A stretch of DNA of 64,000 nt from Methanobacterium sp. Its GTDB lineage: Archaea; Methanobacteriota; Methanobacteria; Methanobacteriales; Methanobacteriaceae. Position 1 is the stretch's first letter. Each line of letters opens with the position of its first letter. Where the stretch lies: NCBI GenBank assembly GCA_049706655.1, contig JBNAKM010000003.1:121587-185586 (forward strand), in the 5' to 3' direction. The translations under genes were made by a program, and so were the position numbers. Below the pieces are notes generated by a model. That model had not been told where the DNA came from and searched no databases. It saw only the letters and a program-made list of their open reading frames with translations. This document shows, one piece after another, positions 11,147-22,517 of the stretch.

Positions 11147-11791
11147 TTAAAAGAAAGCATCTAAACTACTCTGCTTTTCTTTATGGAGAATATCCTGTTC
11201 AGAATATCCAAAAGACTCAATTATTCTTCCAACAGCTGGTAGAACTTGATTTTCAATGTAATAATTAGGGTCATAGTTAGAAAGTTTTGCATCTTCTATT
11301 GGCTCAGCACGTTTACTTATTGGCTCTCTTCCTTTAACTACAACATATCTTATAATTGAACCTCTCGCAATGTTTCGGCCGCGTTCTATGGATTTTTTAG
11401 CAGCGAGAACATGAGGAGCCATCTGGGAATATTCATGTGGATTTTTAGTAAGCTGTGTGTGAATAACTAAATCTTCAAGCTTAACATTGCCTTTTTTAAT
11501 ATCTTCAATCACATTTTTAACAATTTTCACAGCTTTTTCAGGGGAAGCGTCTTTCAAAATAGCATTCAGAACTTTTCGCTGAGTATCTTTTGTTATGGGT
11601 GCCCAATCTCTTCTTACAAGTTCTAAACCCTTAACAATTATAGTATCATTTTCAATAAGCGCATATCTTTTTTTGGTTACGAAGAAACCTCTTTTAAAAA
11701 AACCTTCGTACTCAAGTTCCATACCATCAGGTAACTCTTTATTAACTGCTTTAAGGAACTTTCGAGCATTTTCTATGATTTCTTCCTCCAT
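11147..11791 (-). CDS. polB2: Split family-B DNA polymerase, small C-terminal subunit
   Basis: [25 protein letters not shown] and C-terminal PIP box QSSLDAFF; has its own SD and ATG; no exonuclease or YxDTD motifs. Confidence 0.92.
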   Translation of the reverse strand: MEEEIIENARKFLKAVNKELPDGMELEYEGFFKRGFFVTKKRYALIENDTIIVKGLELVRRDWAPITKDTQRKVLNAILKDASPEKAVKIVKNVIEDIKKGNVKLEDLVIHTQLTKNPHEYSQMAPHVLAAKKSIERGRNIARGSIIRYVVVKGREPISKRAEPIEDAKLSNYDPNYYIENQVLPAVGRIIESFGYSEQDILHKEKQSSLDAFF

Positions 11792-11831
11792 AAGACACCA
11801 TTATTAAATAAAAATAGATGTATTAATTGAT

Positions 11832-12212
11832 TTATTCAACTAATACGCCGTTTATGATTCCATCTTGACCTGGTCTTGAAGTAACTTTAACTCTTCCAGC
11901 ACTGGTCTCGACTACAGCACCTTTTGTTATAATGTTTCTACGTACAAAGTGAGTGTTTGCACTGTTTTCAACAACACTTAAAATTTCTGCAATTTCAACT
12001 TTGTTAGTTTCAGGATTAACAACATTGATTTTATTTTCGTTTGTAAGTCTTATTTTGTCATTACCACCGGTTGTACGGATTTTTTTGATTTTTCTATCTC
12101 CTATTTTAGTTTCAGCAGCTCCTTTTCCAAGTTCAGATTTTCTCTTGTTCTTGTTAAGTTTAGCTCTTCCTCCGCTAGGTTTTCTTAATGATTCTCCTTG
12201 CCAAATTGCCAT
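11832..12212 (-). CDS. rps8e: 30S ribosomal protein S8e
   Basis: MAIWQGESLRKPSGGR, RRNIITKGAVVET, VTSRPGQDGIING. Confidence 0.98.
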   Translation of the reverse strand: MAIWQGESLRKPSGGRAKLNKNKRKSELGKGAAETKIGDRKIKKIRTTGGNDKIRLTNENKINVVNPETNKVEIAEILSVVENSANTHFVRRNIITKGAVVETSAGRVKVTSRPGQDGIINGVLVE

Positions 12213-12613
12213 TTTTTCACCTCGAATGATTTATATGATTAATTTTTAGTTATTAAGAATATACTTAAATAGAATTTGTGAATCTTCTAAATTTAAGAAA
12301 TTATTCTCAAAAAAGCACTATTTTGAATAGTTAGCAGTATATATTAATTCAAGAACACCTTATTTATAGATATCCTTAAATTAGCTATATTTGAATATTT
12401 ATTTGAACATATTTAAATATTTTAATTGAATCTACTTTAAATATACTCTTTAACTTTTAATATATAACAAGCCATATATATTTTATTATGCTATCCAATA
12501 ATTAACTTTAAATTATTGGTTGTTTGATTTAGTATAAAAAGGCTTTTAAAGTAAATTTTATCTAAAATTAATAAAATAGTAAAGATATAAAGAATGAAAA
12601 CAAGGGTGAACTT

Positions 12614-13624
12614 ATGAAAATCAGTATGGCACACGGCGCTGGTGGAGAAATGATGCAGAGTCTAATATCAGACATTATTCTTGGCAATATAAAAAATAAA
12701 AGTGTTAATGGGGGAATAGGTCTTGGAGAACTCGATGATGGTGCTACAATCCCTCTTGAAGATTACGAAATTGTAATCAGTACCGATGCTCACACTATTG
12801 ATCCAATATTCTTTCCTGGTGGAGATATTGGGAGAATATCAATTACTGGGACTGTAAATGATGTAGCAGTGATGGGTGCAAAGCCCCTTGCAATTGCAAA
12901 CGCAATGGTTATAAGTGAAGGATTTACAAGTGAAGAATTTGAAAGAGTAATTAAATCAATGGATGAAGCATGCACCGAATCTGGTGTGTCACTTGTAACA
13001 GGAGATACAAAAGTTATGGAGCAAGGTAAACTTGATAAAATTGTAATTTCAACAACTGGAATTGGAATTGCTAAAAAAGGTCAAGTTACACGTGATGCAG
13101 GCCTAAAAGTAGGAAATAAAATCATTTTATCTGGTAGTGTAGGGGATCATGGAATTGCATTAATGTCTTATCGTGAAGGATTTGGATTTGAAACTGATTT
13201 ACAATCTGACGTTGCTCCTGTAGTTGAAATGACCGAAAAAGCATTAGAAATTGGTGGAGTAACAGCAATGAAAGATCCTACAAGGGGAGGAATTGCAAAC
13301 GCTTTAAATGAGCTTGCATCTAAATCTGGCGTAGGAATGATGATTTATGAGGATAAAATTCCAATAAAAGCTCAAGTTCATGCAGCATCAGAAATGCTTG
13401 GAATCGATCCATTTGAAGTTGCTAACGAAGGAAAAGTCGTAATGGGTGTTGAAGCTGAAAAAGCAGAAGAAATTCTTGAAGCTTTAAGAAATACTAAATA
13501 TGGAAAAGAAGCTCAAATTATAGGCGAAGTTACTGAAGATAAGCATGTAGTTATGGAAACTTCACTTGGTGGGAAAAGAATTCTCGAAGCCCCAATAGCA
13601 GACCCTGTACCTAGGGTTTGTTAA
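12614..13624 (+). CDS. hypE: Hydrogenase maturation protein HypE
   Basis: AHGAGG, FFPGGDIG, GDTKV, MKDPTRGG, ANEG and C-terminal PRVC. Confidence 0.97.
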   Translation: MKISMAHGAGGEMMQSLISDIILGNIKNKSVNGGIGLGELDDGATIPLEDYEIVISTDAHTIDPIFFPGGDIGRISITGTVNDVAVMGAKPLAIANAMVISEGFTSEEFERVIKSMDEACTESGVSLVTGDTKVMEQGKLDKIVISTTGIGIAKKGQVTRDAGLKVGNKIILSGSVGDHGIALMSYREGFGFETDLQSDVAPVVEMTEKALEIGGVTAMKDPTRGGIANALNELASKSGVGMMIYEDKIPIKAQVHAASEMLGIDPFEVANEGKVVMGVEAEKAEEILEALRNTKYGKEAQIIGEVTEDKHVVMETSLGGKRILEAPIADPVPRVC

Positions 13625-13758
13625 AACTATTTTTTAAATACATAATACTCGTAAAAATATATTTATATTTTAAAATCTAAAAAGTAATAAAATATTTTAA
13701 AAGTTGAAGGAAAATCTCGTTTTCTGAACTAAAATTTAAAATTTTTGAGGGTTAAAAA

Positions 13759-14214
13759 ATGGAGAGTTTGTGGGGAAAAAGGTTTTTAGCTTTATTTATT
13801 GACGCTGTAGTTGTTTCACTTATATTATGGATATTAAGTGCTCTTATTTATCCTTTAATTGCAATAACAGGAACATATGGAGTTTTAAATTACTGGTTCA
13901 TTTTAGCTGCAATACTAATTATTGGATATTTCACGTATTTGGAAGGCAATTATAATACAACAATCGGAAAGAATATTGTGAAAATTAAGGTTATTGCAGA
14001 TAATGGAGAAATGAACTATGAAACTGCATTTAAAAGAAATCTATCCAAAATTTTATGGTTACCTTTAATTGTTGATATTATAGTAGGATATGCTTCAGGT
14101 GACTCTAAGAGTAGGTATCTTGATAAATTTGCAGGAACTAACGTAGTTAGTGTTAAATTTGAACAAAAAAAGGCAACAGCTGAATCAGATACTCCTAAAA
14201 GTACATCAAAATAA
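13759..14214 (+). CDS. RDD-family membrane protein
   Basis: KRFLALFID, TIGK..VKIKV, FKRN, RYLDKFAGTNVV pattern. Confidence 0.85.
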   Translation: MESLWGKRFLALFIDAVVVSLILWILSALIYPLIAITGTYGVLNYWFILAAILIIGYFTYLEGNYNTTIGKNIVKIKVIADNGEMNYETAFKRNLSKILWLPLIVDIIVGYASGDSKSRYLDKFAGTNVVSVKFEQKKATAESDTPKSTSK

Positions 14215-14348
14215 TTTTAGTTAATAATTAAATAACTAATTGATTTCTTTTTTAAATTTCTTTTTAAATTTTTAATATTTTAAAATAAACAATCTATATT
14301 AGTTGATTAAATAAAAAATAGCATAAAAATCACTAAGTCGTGAAATAT

Positions 14349-14996
14349 ATGGATAGACAAAATCTTAAAGCCACTTTTATGGGTGCTTCAACACAACAGG
14401 GCTATGATATTGCCACTAAAAGTAGAGAAATTGTTCGGTCATTAATTGCAGATAAAATAGAAGGATTAACTGAAGAGGAAAAATCAATTATTGAAAGAAT
14501 TGTACATTCTACAGCAGATCCTGAATATGCAGATATAACCAGAATATCTCCTAGTTTTATAGATGAAAGCATTAAAGCGATTAAAAATAAAAAAAATATT
14601 TTGACAGATATAAACATGGTAAAAGCAGGTATTAACAAGTATGAGGGTGAAATAAATTGTTATATAAGCCATGAAGATGCTATTAAACTCGCCAAAGAGG
14701 AGCAAATAACACGTGCAGCAGCTGCAGTACGTTTAGCATATGAAAAAGGTTTTAATGGAATTTTTGTTGTGGGTAATGCGCCAACAGCACTCTTTGAAGC
14801 AATTAATTTGGTTGAAAATGAAGGAATGGAAATAAGTTCTATTATTGGTGTTCCTGTTGGTTTTGTAGGGGCTGCAGAATCTAAGGAAACACTTAAAAAT
14901 ACAAATATTCCTTATATTATAACTGAAGGTCCAAAGGGAGGAACTCCAGTTGCAGTTGCAGCTGCAAATTCTATTATTGGACTTGCAAAAAAATAA
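14349..14996 (+). CDS. cbiC: Cobalt-precorrin-8 methylmutase
   Basis: RIVHSTAD, DINMVKAGI, VGNAPTAL, GVPVGFVGAAESK, GPKGGTPVAVAA; exact start uncertain. Confidence 0.95.
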   Translation: MDRQNLKATFMGASTQQGYDIATKSREIVRSLIADKIEGLTEEEKSIIERIVHSTADPEYADITRISPSFIDESIKAIKNKKNILTDINMVKAGINKYEGEINCYISHEDAIKLAKEEQITRAAAAVRLAYEKGFNGIFVVGNAPTALFEAINLVENEGMEISSIIGVPVGFVGAAESKETLKNTNIPYIITEGPKGGTPVAVAAANSIIGLAKK

Positions 14997-15074
14997 AATA
15001 AATGGCTAAATTTTTAATGTATTTATTTTTATAAACAAAATGTATAATAAAAGCTTTATTTAAGGAGTTAGACA

Positions 15075-16334
15075 ATGAAGTCAGAAGATTTATTTATTGA
15101 TGCCAAAAATTACCTCCCTGGAGGGGTAGATTCTCCGGTCAGGGCCTACAAGCCATATCCGTTCTTTGCAAAATATGGTCAAGGTTCAAAATTATTTGAT
15201 GTAGATGGAAATGAGTATATAGATTACTGCCTTGCATATGGCCCTCTTGTTCTTGGTCATGCTAACCATAAAATATTGAAAGAAGTCAAGGGTCAATTAG
15301 ATCATGGAACAGCTTTTGGAGTACCAACAGAAAAAGAAATAGAACTAGCAAAACTTGTAATTAAAAAGATGCCTTGTGCTGAAATGGTAAGGTTTGTAAA
15401 CTCTGGTACTGAAGCTACAATGAGTGCAATAAGGCTTGCAAGGGCAGCAACAGGTAAAAAGAAACTGATTAAATTTGAAGGTTCTTATCATGGTGCTCAT
15501 GATTATGTTCTTGTAAAATCTGGCTCTGGAGCTGCTGGATTACCTGATTCTCCAGGAGTTCCTGAAGAAACTACAAAAAATACTATTTTAGTTCCTTTTA
15601 ATGATGAAGAAGCTTTAACTAAACTCATTGAGAAAGAAGGAAATGAAATTGCGGCAATAATTGTAGAACCAGTCATGGGAAACATTGGATGTATTTCACC
15701 TAAAGATGGATATTTACAATTTTTACGAAAAATAACAGAAGAAAATGATATTATTTTAATATTTGATGAAGTGATTACTGGTTTTAGAATTGCAGAAGGT
15801 GGCGCACAGGAATATTTTGGCGTTACTCCCGATCTAGTTACTCTTGGAAAGATTCTCGGCGGAGGATTCCCTATGGGGGCTTTAGCAGGTAAAAAGGAAC
15901 TTATGGAAATGATTGCACCTTCAGGAAGTGTATATCAGGCAGGAACATTTAATGGAAATCCTATATCTGTTACAGCGGGGCTTGCAATGTTGAATCAGCT
16001 AGATAGTAGCTTTTACACTAAGCAAAATGAAAATGGAAATTTTTTAAGGAGCGGATTAAAAGAAATACTTGAAGATAATGGCCTTAACTTTAATGTAGAA
16101 GGATTGAGCTCCATGTTCCAAGTATACTTTACGGATAGTGAAGTTTTAGATTACAGCAGTGCTAAATCGGCTGATACAGAAAAATTTAACCTTTATTTCC
16201 ATGAACTGCTGAAAAAAGGTGTTTTTATCCCTCCTTCACAGTTCGAATGTTGTTTCTTATCTTTAGCTCATAGCAAAGAAGATATTGAAAGAACAATAGA
16301 ATCCATTGATTCTGCTTTAAAAATAATTAAATAA
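15075..16334 (+). CDS. hemL: Glutamate-1-semialdehyde 2,1-aminomutase
   Basis: [51 protein letters not shown]. Confidence 0.98.
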   Translation: MKSEDLFIDAKNYLPGGVDSPVRAYKPYPFFAKYGQGSKLFDVDGNEYIDYCLAYGPLVLGHANHKILKEVKGQLDHGTAFGVPTEKEIELAKLVIKKMPCAEMVRFVNSGTEATMSAIRLARAATGKKKLIKFEGSYHGAHDYVLVKSGSGAAGLPDSPGVPEETTKNTILVPFNDEEALTKLIEKEGNEIAAIIVEPVMGNIGCISPKDGYLQFLRKITEENDIILIFDEVITGFRIAEGGAQEYFGVTPDLVTLGKILGGGFPMGALAGKKELMEMIAPSGSVYQAGTFNGNPISVTAGLAMLNQLDSSFYTKQNENGNFLRSGLKEILEDNGLNFNVEGLSSMFQVYFTDSEVLDYSSAKSADTEKFNLYFHELLKKGVFIPPSQFECCFLSLAHSKEDIERTIESIDSALKIIK

Positions 16335-16343
16335 TTTCTTTTT

Positions 16344-17132
16344 TTATTTTAGAGCATAGATAGCGATTATACTTAAAAAAGCTATTATTAATGTTAAAAT
16401 ACCTATTTTTGCATAAGAATAGATGTTGTTATAATTATTTACTTTAATTTCGCGTTTATCTTTTATATATGAAATTAAATGTTTTTCCTGTTCTATGACA
16501 TCATCAATAAGCATTTTCTGATTATTAATATCATCTTTAATGTTTCTCTCTTCCATTACATTCCATAATGACCATGTATTATTTTTAACATCCAGTATTT
16601 TTTCCTGTTTAATGCTATTTAGTATTTTTTCCTGTTTTTTAATATTTTTATAAAGATTTTCTAGAAATTTTTGCCTTTTTTCTGCTTTAACCCTTATTAT
16701 TTCTACCATTTGTTGTAAATCTTCATATTCATCATAATATAAATCGTTATAATTGTCATTAACAGGTTTTTTATAAGATGAGTTAGAATTAACGGAGTTT
16801 GACGCTTTATAATTTTTAAGAATATCTATATTTTCATGATATTCTAAAGCATTTCCACATTCACATCCTTTGAAATCATCAGGAGATTCTCCATTTTTTA
16901 ATTCGTAGTATCCGGAGCAGCTTCTGCAGACAAGATATCCCTTATATTCTTTTTTCTTGGCATGCGTTTTATTGTAAATATTTTTTAATTCATTTAGAGT
17001 TATTGCCTGATTTTTTTCTTTAGTTTCGGATTCTTTTATTGCACCGTTTTTTGCGTAAATGCCCTTTAATCCTTCTATACTATCAGAAGGATTTTTCCCA
17101 TAAATTTTATCTACTTCATCTTTCAAACTCAC
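16344..17132 (-). CDS. Hypothetical protein: zinc ribbon, coiled coil and C-terminal TM anchor
   Basis: [14 protein letters not shown]...CECGNALEY four-Cys motif, E/K/Q-rich helical region, hydrophobic C-terminus; GTG start behind GGTGG. Confidence 0.75.
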   Translation of the reverse strand: MSLKDEVDKIYGKNPSDSIEGLKGIYAKNGAIKESETKEKNQAITLNELKNIYNKTHAKKKEYKGYLVCRSCSGYYELKNGESPDDFKGCECGNALEYHENIDILKNYKASNSVNSNSSYKKPVNDNYNDLYYDEYEDLQQMVEIIRVKAEKRQKFLENLYKNIKKQEKILNSIKQEKILDVKNNTWSLWNVMEERNIKDDINNQKMLIDDVIEQEKHLISYIKDKREIKVNNYNNIYSYAKIGILTLIIAFLSIIAIYALK

Positions 17133-17593
17133 AAAAATACCACCAAATAAGGTCTTTAGACATCTCGTGAAATTTTAGGAGTAGGTTTACTAATAGAAAA
17201 TTAACTCAAATAAAATGGTTAATGCTAAAGTCCCCCCTTATGCCCATATATTTGTGAGTATCAACTAATATAAGTATATTTCTTATTTTATTAATTAGAT
17301 ATACTTAAATACAAATATGTAACATAAATATTACTGATTACATACGGATAATATATATTTTATTAATAAAAATATTATTTCTTTAATTATGTGCTTATTT
17401 GTTGATAAAAATGCTTATTAAATAGATTAATGTCATGAATCTCACTAAAATTATGTATTTTTTAAAAAGAAGTAATTAATTAGGAAAAAATTATTAATTT
17501 TTCGACTTAAATTTATAAGTTATCTTAAATAATTAATTCTATAATCTTAAATAGTAGTAATTAATACTATTTTAGAAAAATCTGGAAGATACC

Positions 17594-18328
17594 ATGAAAA
17601 TTGCAGCAGGACTTGGAAATAATAAAAATATAATTAAAGCATCTAAAATGGTTGATTTTGAGGTTATTCTAACTGAATCTGAAGAAGAATTAGTCAAAAT
17701 GCTTCTAAACAATGAAGTTGATGCAGCAGTAAGAGGATCTCTAAGCGCTTCAAATATTTTAAATATTTTAAGGGATAATTATGGTAATAATTTGTATAGG
17801 GCTTCTTATTTAGAAGTTGGTGGAAATAAATTCTTATTTGCACCTGTTGGGATTGATGAAGGGGGTAATTTAGAAGATAAGTTAAAAATAATCGAATCTG
17901 GAGCTGAATTTTTATTAAAATTAGGGATTAAACCTAAAATTGGTATTCTTTCAGGTGGAAGAGCTCAAGACATTGGTAGAAGCTCTAAGATTGATAATTC
18001 CATTAAAGAAGGCATAAATTTAACAGAGATCATAAAGGATAAATATTCTGTAAAACATTACTTTATATTAATAGAAAATGCAATAAAGGATAATGCAAAT
18101 TTTATTATTGCACCTGATGGAATAACTGGAAATTTAATATTCAGGACTCTTGTTTTTTTGGGTTCAGCTAAAAGTTACGGTGCTGTTACACTTGGAATTA
18201 ACCACATTTTCATTGATACTTCACGATCACAGAGCGTTGAAGGATATAAAAGAGCTTTAAACTTTTCATATTATCTATCAAGACTAAATAGTAGGAACGA
18301 ACATGGAAATATTAAAACCGCTTTATAA
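17594..18328 (+). CDS. mtxX: Methanogenesis marker protein MtxX (phosphotransacetylase-like)
   Basis: [42 protein letters not shown]. Confidence 0.9.
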   Translation: MKIAAGLGNNKNIIKASKMVDFEVILTESEEELVKMLLNNEVDAAVRGSLSASNILNILRDNYGNNLYRASYLEVGGNKFLFAPVGIDEGGNLEDKLKIIESGAEFLLKLGIKPKIGILSGGRAQDIGRSSKIDNSIKEGINLTEIIKDKYSVKHYFILIENAIKDNANFIIAPDGITGNLIFRTLVFLGSAKSYGAVTLGINHIFIDTSRSQSVEGYKRALNFSYYLSRLNSRNEHGNIKTAL

Positions 18329-19070
18329 AGCATACGAATGGTATATCTCACGAAATCTAAAGCCTGAAAACATGCCAAAACATATAGCGATCATTATGGA
18401 CGGTAACAGGCGTTATTCAAAATTAATGGGAAACATGCAAGCAATAGAAGGTCACAAACGAGGAGTAAATACCCTTGAAAAAGTTCTTGACTGGTCAATT
18501 GAACAGGGCATAGAAATTGTAACTGCATATGCATTTTCTACTGAGAACTTTAAAAGACCTTCTGAAGAAGTTAAGGGATTAATGCATCTTTTCCAAAAAG
18601 AATTTGAGGGAATTGCTAAAAATCCTAAAATTCATAAAAATAGAGTCAGAGTAAAGGCTGTAGGTCAACTGCAACTACTTCCAGATAATGTAAGAGATGC
18701 TATAAAAATTGCAGAAGAATCTACATCTTCTTATGATAAAAGAATTGTAAATATTGCAATTGGTTATGATGGGCGTATGGAAATAATTGATGCAATAAAA
18801 AAGATATCAGCGGATGTTAAAGAAGGAAAAATAGATCTTAAAGATATTAACGAAGATTTAGTTAATGAAAATTTGTATACTGCAGGTTTAGCTGATCCAA
18901 ATCTAATAATAAGAACAAGCGGTGAAGAGAGACTAAGTGGATTCCTTCTATGGCAGTCATCCTATTCAGAACTTTATTTCTGTGATAGTTTATGGCCGGA
19001 ACTTAGAAAAGTTGACTTTTTAAGGGCCTTAAGATCATATCAAGAAAGAGAACGGCGTTTTGGAATTTAA
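18303..19070 (+). CDS. uppS: cis-prenyltransferase (polyprenyl diphosphate synthase)
   Basis: [37 protein letters not shown]; overlaps mtxX by 26 nt. Confidence 0.97.
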   Translation: MEILKPLYKAYEWYISRNLKPENMPKHIAIIMDGNRRYSKLMGNMQAIEGHKRGVNTLEKVLDWSIEQGIEIVTAYAFSTENFKRPSEEVKGLMHLFQKEFEGIAKNPKIHKNRVRVKAVGQLQLLPDNVRDAIKIAEESTSSYDKRIVNIAIGYDGRMEIIDAIKKISADVKEGKIDLKDINEDLVNENLYTAGLADPNLIIRTSGEERLSGFLLWQSSYSELYFCDSLWPELRKVDFLRALRSYQERERRFGI

Positions 19071-19114
19071 AAACTTCCTTTCATTATAAAATACTTTAAA
19101 TTTGAGGTAATTTT

Positions 19115-19873
19115 ATGATTGATTCACATTGTCATGTTGATTTTAAAGATTTTAACAAAAATAGAGAAGAAGTGATGGAAAGAGCCAGAAAAAAGTTAAG
19201 TGCAGTAGTTAATTCTGGAGCTACATTAGGTGGAAACAGAAGAACGCTTAAACTTGTTGAGGATTATAAAGGATTTCTATATGGAACTTTAGGTTTTCAT
19301 CCAGAAAGTGCATCTAAAGCAGATTCATCAATAATTGAACAGGCTTTTAAAGAAATACATCAAAATATAGATAAAGCAGTTGCAGTTGGAGAAACAGGAC
19401 TTGATTTTTATCATATTGAAGACAATGAATCAAGAAATAGGCAAATAAAAGTATTCAAATCGTTTATAGATATGGCCAATGAATATGAAATGCCTATATT
19501 AATTCATGCAAGGGATGCCGAATCTAAATCATTTGAATTAATAAAGAAATATTCAAGGGATATAGATGTTATATTTCACTGTTATGGCGGAGATTTAGAA
19601 ACATTGAATAAGATTATAGAAGAAGATTATTATGTTTCATATTCAACTATAATCTGTTATTCTGATTATCATAATAACCTTGTTAAAGAAACGCCGCTTG
19701 AAAATATCTTAACTGAAACAGATAGTCCTTACCTTTCACCATTTAAAGGTCAAAAGAACGAACCCGCTTTTGTAGAAGAAACAATTAAAAAAATTGCAGA
19801 AATTAAATCAATATCTCCTTTAAATGTAGATAAAAAAACTGAAAAAAATGCAAAAAAAGTTTATAGCATCTAA
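19115..19873 (+). CDS. tatD: TatD-family hydrolase/DNase
   Basis: IDSHCH, GFHP, VGETGLD, IHAR, FHCY, TETDSPY. Confidence 0.95.
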   Translation: MIDSHCHVDFKDFNKNREEVMERARKKLSAVVNSGATLGGNRRTLKLVEDYKGFLYGTLGFHPESASKADSSIIEQAFKEIHQNIDKAVAVGETGLDFYHIEDNESRNRQIKVFKSFIDMANEYEMPILIHARDAESKSFELIKKYSRDIDVIFHCYGGDLETLNKIIEEDYYVSYSTIICYSDYHNNLVKETPLENILTETDSPYLSPFKGQKNEPAFVEETIKKIAEIKSISPLNVDKKTEKNAKKVYSI

Positions 19874-19878
19874 TTTTT

Positions 19879-20262
19879 TTATTTTTCTGTGTCTAATTCT
19901 TCAAATACTTCTTTTGCAGCATAAATACCATTTAATGCTGCTGGAAAACCTGCATAAACTGCCATCTGTATTAAAACTTCTACAATTTCTTCTCGGGTGC
20001 AGCCAACATTTAAAGCACCTTTGATATGGCTTCTAAGTTGTAATGGGGCAGTTCCAAGGGCAGTTATTGCTGCTACAGTTACAAGCTCTCTTGTTTTTAT
20101 ATCTAAGCCCGGACGTGTGTATACATCTCCATAAGGAAATTCAGCAACGAACCGTGCTAAATCTGGAGCGATATCTTCTAATGTGTCGGCTAATTGTTTA
20201 TATGAATCTGGATTCATTATTTTGAGCATTTCAATTCCTTTTTTATAACGATCTTCACTCAT
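19879..20262 (-). CDS. Carboxymuconolactone decarboxylase family protein
   Basis: [42 protein letters not shown]. Confidence 0.92.
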   Translation of the reverse strand: MSEDRYKKGIEMLKIMNPDSYKQLADTLEDIAPDLARFVAEFPYGDVYTRPGLDIKTRELVTVAAITALGTAPLQLRSHIKGALNVGCTREEIVEVLIQMAVYAGFPAALNGIYAAKEVFEELDTEK

Positions 20263-20495
20263 TTTTTCTCCTCTAATGAATTTATAGTGAGTTATTAAAT
20301 GTTTTAAACTATATTTTTTAAATCTTGTTCATGTGCTTTAAACTTTAATTAACACGTTTAATTAAAATAATTTAAAATTATAAATATTTAATAAGTTATC
20401 TTCTTCATGAAAGAAAACACTTAATATAATTAAATATACCAATTATTTATAGTATCTAATCATTTATATAAAAATCAGATATTATGGTGAGATAA

Positions 20496-20759
20496 ATGAA
20501 TAAAAAAATCTTTTATACACTAACATTATTTATCATAGCGGTATTAGGAATTCAAAGCGTAAGTGCAGGTCCAATGGATACTGTACAGAATATTACAGAT
20601 TCTTCTCAGCAAGCATTAAATAATGCATCAGAAATAGCAAATCAGACAGCACAGGAAGTTGAACAAACTTTAGATCCAATCCAGAGTATCTTAAACAGTA
20701 TAAACTCAGTTTTGCAGGAAATTCAGCAAATCATGAATTTCTTTAATGGCGGACAATAA
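20496..20759 (+). CDS. Small secreted helical protein, unknown function
   Basis: Signal peptide MNKK-hydrophobic-VSA; SD GGTGAG; Q/N/S-rich mature part. Confidence 0.75.
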   Translation: MNKKIFYTLTLFIIAVLGIQSVSAGPMDTVQNITDSSQQALNNASEIANQTAQEVEQTLDPIQSILNSINSVLQEIQQIMNFFNGGQ

Positions 20760-20797
20760 AACCTTAATTTATTTTTAATTTAATTTTCAGTGATAAG

Positions 20798-21457
20798 ATG
20801 AAGCCTTATATAACACTAAACGCCGCAATGACTTTAGATGGTAAAATAGCCACAAAAACTGATAGTTCTGAAATTTCGGGTAAAGAAGACTTAATCAGGG
20901 TTCATGAAATTCGAAAAGAAGTTGATGCCATAATGGTTGGCATCAATACGTTGATGGTAGATGATCCAAGGCTTACAGTGCACAAGATAGATGCTAAAAA
21001 AGAAGATAATCCTATAAGAATAGTAGTTGACAGTAAAGCCAGAACACCTCTTCATTTTCGGATATTAAATGATGATGCACCTACAATAATTGCAGTAACA
21101 GAAAATGCTGATGAAGAAAAAATTAGGCAGTTAGAAGAAAAGGCAACAGTACTAAAGTGTGGTAAAGATAGGGTTAATCTTAAACAATTGATGAAGAAAC
21201 TAAAAGAAATGGGGATAAATACTCTCCTGCTTGAAGGTGGATCAACGCTAAATTATTCAATGCTTGAAAATGGCCTTGTTGATGAAGTTAGGGTATGTAT
21301 AGCACCAATGATTGCTGGTGGCATGGATGCAAAAACACTGGTTGATGGTGAAGGTATTGATGAAATGAAGGATTCAATTAAGCTGGAACTAGTTAAAAAT
21401 TATCCACTAGGAAAAGATTTAATTTTAGAATACAAAGTAAAAAATAATTTAAATTAG
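20798..21457 (+). CDS. arfC: 2,5-diamino-6-ribosylamino-4(3H)-pyrimidinone 5'-phosphate reductase (RibD C-terminal type)
   Basis: AAMTLDGKIA, DAIMVGINT..DDPRLT, LLEGGSTL. Confidence 0.92.
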   Translation: MKPYITLNAAMTLDGKIATKTDSSEISGKEDLIRVHEIRKEVDAIMVGINTLMVDDPRLTVHKIDAKKEDNPIRIVVDSKARTPLHFRILNDDAPTIIAVTENADEEKIRQLEEKATVLKCGKDRVNLKQLMKKLKEMGINTLLLEGGSTLNYSMLENGLVDEVRVCIAPMIAGGMDAKTLVDGEGIDEMKDSIKLELVKNYPLGKDLILEYKVKNNLN

Positions 21458-21458
21458 C

Positions 21459-21614
21459 TTATCTTTTTAATACAAGCAGATAAATTCCTAAAATCAGCAA
21501 GATTATAGCTATTGCCCATATTAAGTAAACAAAGAACCATTGAGCAGCAAAATAAACTACCATTATCAAAAGTGCAATTACTATATAAATAATCCCTGTT
21601 AATTTGTCATTCAT
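21459..21614 (-). CDS. 51-aa two-TM small membrane protein (not in ORF track)
   Basis: Hand translation MNDKLTGIIYIVIALLIMVVYFAAQWFFVYLIWAIAIILLILGIYLLVLKR; purine-rich AGGGGG upstream of the ATG. Confidence 0.65.
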   Translation of the reverse strand: MNDKLTGIIYIVIALLIMVVYFAAQWFFVYLIWAIAIILLILGIYLLVLKR

Positions 21615-21851
21615 TGCTTAACAACCCCCTACTTTTTTTATTATTTTTCTTTAACATTATTATTATATTTTTATATTTAACGTACTGATTTAAAATTAAA
21701 ATATCTGGAAATAGATCATCTTAATAACTTAATTTTAATTCAAATGATTATCAATGCTTTAAATAACTTTTACATTTATATTAATTTTTAGATTTCGAGA
21801 ATAAAAAGTGATTTTTATTGATTATAACATATTAAATTGAGGGGGAATTAT

Positions 21852-22511
21852 ATGAAGATTATAGCTCATAGAGGAGCATCTTATTTTGAACCTGAAAATA
21901 CAATAAGGGCATATAAAAGGGCAATAGAGATGGGTGCGGATTTTGTTGAAACTGATGTACGTATTACCCAAGATAAAGAACTGGTTATAATGCATGATGC
22001 TGATATTTCTAGAACAACAAATGGAAAAGGTTTGGTTAAGAATTTAACACTTGATGAATTGAAAGAATTTGATGCAGGATTAGGTGAGAGGATTCCCACA
22101 TTAAAAGAAGTTATTGAACTTGTCAAAAATAAAACAGGGCTAATAGTAGAAATTAAAGAGCCTGGAACTGAAGGAATAATAATGGATAAACTAGATGAAT
22201 CTAATTTAGAAAAAACTATATTGGCCTCTTTTTACCACAAAACTATTAAAAATATTAAAAATTCCACATCCGACATTAATACTGGGATCATATTTGTTGG
22301 AGAACCGGTAGATGTGGCAAAATTGGCTGCTGATGCCAGTGCAAATGTTATTTTTCCAAGTTATAGATATATGACTGAAGAACTTGTTAAAGATGCCCAG
22401 AAACATAATTTAATAGTTTATCCATGGGCTATTGATGAAGAAAAAATATTTAATAAGTTCATTAAAATGGGTGTAGATGGGATTATAACAAATAAATTAA
22501 TTGGAAAATAA
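21852..22511 (+). CDS. Glycerophosphodiester phosphodiesterase family protein
   Basis: IIAHRGAS..EPENT, VETDV, MHD, VEIK, VDGIITN; ATG at 21852 follows GAGGGGG. Confidence 0.93.
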   Translation: MKIIAHRGASYFEPENTIRAYKRAIEMGADFVETDVRITQDKELVIMHDADISRTTNGKGLVKNLTLDELKEFDAGLGERIPTLKEVIELVKNKTGLIVEIKEPGTEGIIMDKLDESNLEKTILASFYHKTIKNIKNSTSDINTGIIFVGEPVDVAKLAADASANVIFPSYRYMTEELVKDAQKHNLIVYPWAIDEEKIFNKFIKMGVDGIITNKLIGK

Positions 22512-22517
22512 ATAAAA

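Noticed and set aside
11147-11791. Truncated polB pseudogene or split intein
   Set aside because: Clean SD, start and intact C-terminal PIP box, no intein terminal motifs, and a split PolB is known in this order.
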